Under the pieces are notes generated by a model. That model saw nothing but the letters and a program-made list of their open reading frames with translations, was not told where the DNA came from and searched no databases. This document shows, one piece after another, positions 58,604 through 64,000 of a DNA stretch of 64,000 bases. Numbering within the stretch: the stretch's first letter is position 1; each line of letters opens with the position of its first letter. Location: positions 1,116,001 through 1,180,000 of the forward strand of contig OZ024756.1 of assembly GCA_964016885.1 (NCBI GenBank). The letters are read 5' to 3'. A program made the position numbers and the translations under genes. This DNA is from Eledone cirrhosa (taxonomy: Eukaryota).

Positions 58604-60114
58604 TACAAACCAGTTGAGAGATCACAGCTTCAATATTACAGGGATGGGGTTAGACTGTCTCAGTTACAAACCAGTTGAGAGATCACAGCTTCAATATTAC
58701 AGGGATGGGGTTAGACTGTCTCAGTTACAAACCAGTTGAGAGATCACAGCTTCAATATTACAGGGCTTGGGTTAGACTGTCTCAGTTACAAACCAGTTGA
58801 GAGATCACAGCTTCAATATTACAGGGATGGGGTTAGACTGTCTCAGTTACAAACCAGTTGAGAGATCACAGCTTCAATATTACAGGGATGGGGTTAGATT
58901 GTCTCAGTTACAAACCAGTTGAGAGATCACAGCTTCAATATTACAGGGATGGGGTTAGACTGTCTCAGTTACAAACCAGTTGAGAGATCACAGCTTCAAT
59001 ATTACAGGGATTGGGTTAGACTGTCTCAGTTACAAACCAGTTGAGAGATCACAGCTTCAATATTACAGGGATGGGGTTAGACTGTCTCAGTTACAAACCA
59101 GTTGAGAGATCACAGCTTCAATATTACAGGGATAGGGTTAGATTGTCTCAGTTACAAACCAGTTGAGAGATCACAGCTTCAATATTACAGGGATGGGGTT
59201 AGACTGTCTCAGTTACAAACCAGTTGAGAGATCACAGCTTCAATATTACAGGGATGGGGTTAGACTGTCTCAGTTACAAACCAGTTGAGAGATCACAGCT
59301 TCAATATTACAGGGATGGGGTTAGATTGTCTCAGTTACAAACCAGTTGAGAGATCACAGCTTCAATATTACAGGGATGGGGTTAGACTGTCTCAGTTACA
59401 AACCAGTTGAGAGATCACAGCTTCAATATTACAGGGATTGGGTTAGACTGTCTCAGTTACAAACCAGTTGAGAGATCACAGCTTCAATATTACAGGGATG
59501 GGGTTAGACTGTCTCAGTTACAAACCAGTTGAGAGATCACAGCTTCAATATTACAGGGATAGGGTTAGATTGTCTCAGTTACAAACCAGTTGAGAGATCA
59601 CAGCTTCAATATTACAGGGATGGGGTTAGACTGTCTCAGTTACAAACCAGTTGAGAGATCACAGCTTCAATATTACAGGGATGGGGTTAGACTGTCTCAG
59701 TTACAAACCAGTTGAGAGATCACAGCTTCAATATTACAGGGATGGGGTTAGACTGTCTCAGTTACAAACCAGTTGAGAGATCACAGCTTCAATATTACAG
59801 GGATGGGGTTAGACTGTCTCAGTTACAAACCAGTTGAGAGATCACAGCTTCAATATTACAGGGATGGGGTTAGACTGTCTCAGTTACAAACCAGTTGAGA
59901 GATCACAGCTTCAATATTACAGGGATGGGGTTAGACTGTCTCAGTTACAAACCAGTTGAGAGATCACAGCTTCAATATTACAGGGATGGGGTTAGACTGT
60001 CTCAGTTACAAACCAGTTGAGAGATCACAGCTTCAATATTACAGGGATGGGGTTAGACTGTCTCAGTTACAAACCAGTTGAGAGATCACAGCTTCAATAT
60101 TACAGGGATGGGGT
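58604..60114. repeat. 61-bp minisatellite, about 25 highly homogeneous copies
   Basis: Unit TACAAACCAGTTGAGAGATCACAGCTTCAATATTACAGGGATGGGGTTAGACTGTCTCAGT. Confidence 0.97.
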
Positions 60115-60149
60115 TTGAATGTTTCAGGAAAGAATCACTGGACAGATTT

Positions 60150-60550
60150 GACGGACAAAACTGACAAGAGTCCAGCAAATGATTGGATAACATCCATCAG
60201 CTTGCCTGGTCACGCTTGAGGATCCAGCCGGATCAGTTGGAAACGGTTGCTTTTGACAGGAGACCCAGGGGTAGACCCCGAGCAAGATGTTTGGATAACA
60301 TCCATGAGCTTGGTTGGTCACGTTTGGAGATCCAGCCGCATCAGTTGGAAACGGTTGTTCCTGACAGGAGACCCAGAGGTAGACCCCGAGCAAGATGTTT
60401 GGAGAACATCCATGAGCTTGGTTGGTCACGTTTGGGGATCCAGTCGTATCAATTGGAGACGGTTGTTTCTGACAGGACCTGCTTGGAGGAGTGTTTGAGG
60501 ACTCTGGCCCCGCAAGACACCCTCAGGAATAGTGAGTGAAGAAGAAGAAA
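60150..60550 (+). mobile_element. RTE-like LINE 3' end with three 108-bp tandem units
   Basis: RRPRGRPRARCLDNIHELGW repeated at 108-bp spacing; (GAA)n tail; related fragment at 7315-7395. Confidence 0.65.
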
Positions 60551-60977
60551 GAGGGGTGTAAACACAGAGAGCAAGTTACATAAGGTGTAGCTGGTGTCTG
60601 TTGTAGTAATTGTTGATCTTACAGCCTTAGTAATGTTGAACTCTTCAGTTCTGTATTTAGTTAAATATATTCTCTTCTCGCTTTGTTATCGACCTGTGTG
60701 GTTTGTGTTTGGTAATTTCATTACCACATATGTTTCACCTAATCCCTAACTGTCGTTTTACATAGATAACAGCTGTATAAAGACAGATATTGTTTGCTCA
60801 ATACGTGTTATCACCTGTTTTCATATGTAATATCTAGAGATATCATCGATAACTTTAAATAAGAGAATGTTTGATGTTTCTCATCTCGACACATAACATA
60901 AAAACATTCTCTGGTCTCAAGTTAGAATTTTAAAAACATTTTCATGAAATTGAGATTGAATATTCTTTTAAAGTTCT

Positions 60978-61010
<33 letters not shown>

Positions 61011-61057
61011 CATACACACATACACAGACATATATATACATACATACACACACACAA

Positions 61058-61089
<32 letters not shown>

Positions 61090-61143
61090 ATATACACATA
61101 CACACACATATATATGTACATACATACACACATACACACACAC

Positions 61144-61196
<53 letters not shown>

Positions 61197-61289
61197 ACTA
61201 TAATGTGGTAATAATAATAGTAATATATATTTATTTATTTATTATTAGCACAGATTACAGGTTTAAGCAAACAATTTGTGCTTTCACTC

Positions 61290-61414
<125 letters not shown>

Positions 61415-61541
61415 AACGGAAAAAATGAAACGAAATTTCATTTCCCACTCTTAGTACGGCTGTTACTTAAATATAAGTATGTACACGTACATACATATAT
61501 GTATACAGACGTACACGTTCAACAATCTGGCAGGAAGGTAT

Positions 61542-61584
61542 ACGTTGCTGACGATAGCTAATAAGCTTGAAACTAGTACAGCGT
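61542..61584 (+). ncRNA. Minimal type I hammerhead ribozyme (element 61414-61786)
   Basis: ACGTTG-CTGACGA-T-AGCT-AATA-AGCT-T-GAAA-CTAG-TA-CAGCGT; inverted arms 61477-61514 / 61750-61786. Confidence 0.78.
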
Positions 61585-61778
61585 TCCTTTGTCAGTGTTG
61601 AACAAACGAGCAACGATGGTTGCTGGACACTACGGCTTAATACGGGATGCTTGTTTTTTTTACAACACACCGAGCATTATAATAAATGTTCGGTGAATCC
61701 ATACGTACATATATATATGTGTGCATGTATGTATATATATACATACTACTGTACGTCTGTATACATATATGTATGTAC

Positions 61779-61867
<89 letters not shown>

Positions 61868-61891
61868 TATTTATATATATATACATATATA

Positions 61892-62389
61892 TAAAATAAA
61901 GTTAAATAAAAGTCAAATGATTAAAATTTAGCTTCGTTTATTACTGCTATATATATTTCAGTGACAGCCATCTTTGGCTGTGACCTCTTCAGGCAGTTTG
62001 AATTAGTATGGTATAGACAAGTACATATGTTGTTTAGGTGTATAATATTGTCAATACTCTGATATGCCCAGTTCCTTGTTTGGTTGTTAATTCACTGAGG
62101 AACTGGAGTCATATGACAAGGAACTGGGCATATCAGAGTATTGACAATATTATACACCTAAACAACATATGTACTTGTCTATACCATACTAATTCAAACT
62201 GCCTGATGAGGTCACAGCCAAAGATGGCTGTCACTGAAATATATATAGCAGTAATAAACGAAGCTAAATTTTAATCATTTGACTTTTATTGAACTTTATT
62301 TTACACTACTCCGTTGTAACCAAACCAACCTGCGCACTTCGTCGAGTGCTCCAGCCTGCATACTGAGGTGTTGGTATACAACATAAACT

Positions 62390-62392
<3 letters not shown>
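61892..62392. mobile_element. Family-2 fold-back element, copy 2, with HHRs at 61943-61997 (-) and 62198-62252 (+)
   Basis: About 185-bp inverted arms, ~90-nt tail on the right; both cores intact (CTGAAGA and CTGATGA). Confidence 0.9.
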
Positions 62393-62442
<50 letters not shown>

Positions 62443-62445
<3 letters not shown>

Positions 62446-63130
62446 GAAAGTTAGAGTTAATAACTCTTACTGAAACCCCGCAATCAATAAGTTCCAAGTA
62501 TAAATACTGAGAATTATAATAATATATATGTAGTAAGAAACACAGTAAATCGTGTGTCCAATATTACGAGGGTTGAAAAACCACATTTGTTTGAAATATT
62601 TAACCATGAAGCAGACAGAATGATAAAATAAAATAAAATTATATTATACAATAATATAATGCTCAGTATTTATACTTGGAGCTTATTGATTACAGGGTTT
62701 CAGTAAGAGTTATTAACTCTAACTTTCATTTATATTTCGGCTCCCTCATGAAGTGAGCTTATTAAGTTGCGTGTGTTGGACTGTTGTTTCTAACCAATAC
62801 ACTCATACCACTTTTCACTTACGGCACACGAGGTGATAAATTCATCTTTCTGTGTGAACGTTGGTACTAGGTGTTTGTCGCATTTAATCAGATTCTCTCG
62901 CTGATGATGCCCAGGGTTATCTGTTACAAACACACTCAGGGCGAAACAGATTATCCCTAATCTGTTCGAGAGATGTAATTGTTATTGAGGCGGTTTGTAT
63001 AATATAATTTTATTTTATTTCATCATTCTGTCTGCTTCATGGTTAAATATCTCAAACATATGTGGTTTTTCAACCCTCGTAATATTGGACACACGATTTA
63101 CTGTGTTTCTTACTATATATATATTATTAT
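62443..63130 (+). mobile_element. HHR element with an inverted, permuted 5' segment, in (TA)n
   Basis: 62443-62510 is the reverse complement of 62662-62731; 62515-62651 is the reverse complement of 62995-63130. Confidence 0.82.
62894..62973 (+). ncRNA. Type I hammerhead ribozyme with a full stem III
   Basis: TCTCTCG-CTGATGA-T-GCCC...GGGC-GAAA-CAGATTA-TCCC-TAATCTG-TT-CGAGAGA; all three stems Watson-Crick; GUU triplet. Confidence 0.88.
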
Positions 63131-63230
<100 letters not shown>

Positions 63231-63448
63231 GAAGACACTTTATTTCACGTTGCTCCTTCTAACTGGAGTTGCGATCGATAGACAGTATTAGCAATTGGAA
63301 GGACCAGCGTAAACACATTTTTTCCTCGATCCGATTTGACGAAAGTCAATCGACTGTCGATATATATATATATTCCTGTCCTCCTGTCTTCCCCCGGTTG
63401 CAACGTTTTTTGAAATATCCACTTCTGCGTTTACAGATTGACTTTTTT

Positions 63449-63499
63449 AGTTTCAGAAGATCCCGTTAAGGGTGAAAGCAGCGATTCTTTGCTTAAACT
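63449..63499 (+). ncRNA. Decayed hammerhead motif (CAGAAGA core)
   Basis: AGTTT-CAGAAGA-TCCC-GTTAA-GGGT-GAAA-GCA...TGC-TT-AAACT; the 3' half recurs at 55331-55370. Confidence 0.5.
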
Positions 63500-63656
63500 T
63501 TAATCTGTTATTTTAATAAATATATATATATATATATATCGACAGTCGATTGACCTTCGTCTAACTTGACCGCTGCCACGTCACGATTCTTAGCCATTTT
63601 TGAATGTATTCTTGGCGCGATCACTTTGGAAAATTAATTGTCTAAATTTGAGCTAA

Positions 63657-63730
63657 CTCCTGAAGAGTCCGGTGCTCTAGATTTCCAATGTTATCGGATA
63701 TCTTAAAATGCGGACGAAACCATGGTAGAG
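63657..63730 (+). ncRNA. Type I hammerhead ribozyme (homologue of 10958-11036)
   Basis: CTC-CTGAAGA-GTCCG...CGGAC-GAAA-CCATGG-TA-GAG. Confidence 0.82.
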
Positions 63731-64000
63731 GTAACTAAATATGTTCTAGTTTATTTTACACCTAATTCTGTTTAGTTGACTGTATATCTGGTCGATTTAT
63801 GCACGCTGTCGAAATATTCGATAAATACTCCGTCGCAACCGCCACGAAGGGCTGCTTTCGGTTATTTGTCGGAGATTTCTTCATAGGAGCTTTTATTCTT
63901 ATAGCATGGTCTAATTGATTTTTTTATATGGTTAATTATGCTAATTGGGAGAGGAAACGGTATATATTTTATCTGGTGATTCTATAGACATGTTTTATGA

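Overview
AT-rich, repeat-dominated animal genomic DNA. The SINE families and microsatellite load suggest an octopus or other coleoid cephalopod (inference). Most predicted ORFs are artefacts of (TA)n, (CA)n and minisatellite sequence. Real content: an intact CR1-clade LINE ORF2 (left edge), a 5'-truncated Naiad-type Penelope-like element (PLE; RT + GIY-YIG) with an inverted terminal arm, Tx1/L1, RTE and R4/Dong remnants, many tRNA-derived SINEs, two Helitrons, a hAT and a mariner MITE, seven minisatellites, and probable exons of an unidentified minus-strand host gene. The main hidden signal is about 17 type I hammerhead ribozyme (HHR) motifs with intact cores, plus several decayed or half copies, from at least 7 sequence families. 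Most sit in small fold-back elements inserted in (TA)n, with one arm carrying an extra 60-95 nt tail, which is the same architecture as the coding PLE in this window. All calls were made by eye, and repeat boundaries are approximate to within a few bases.
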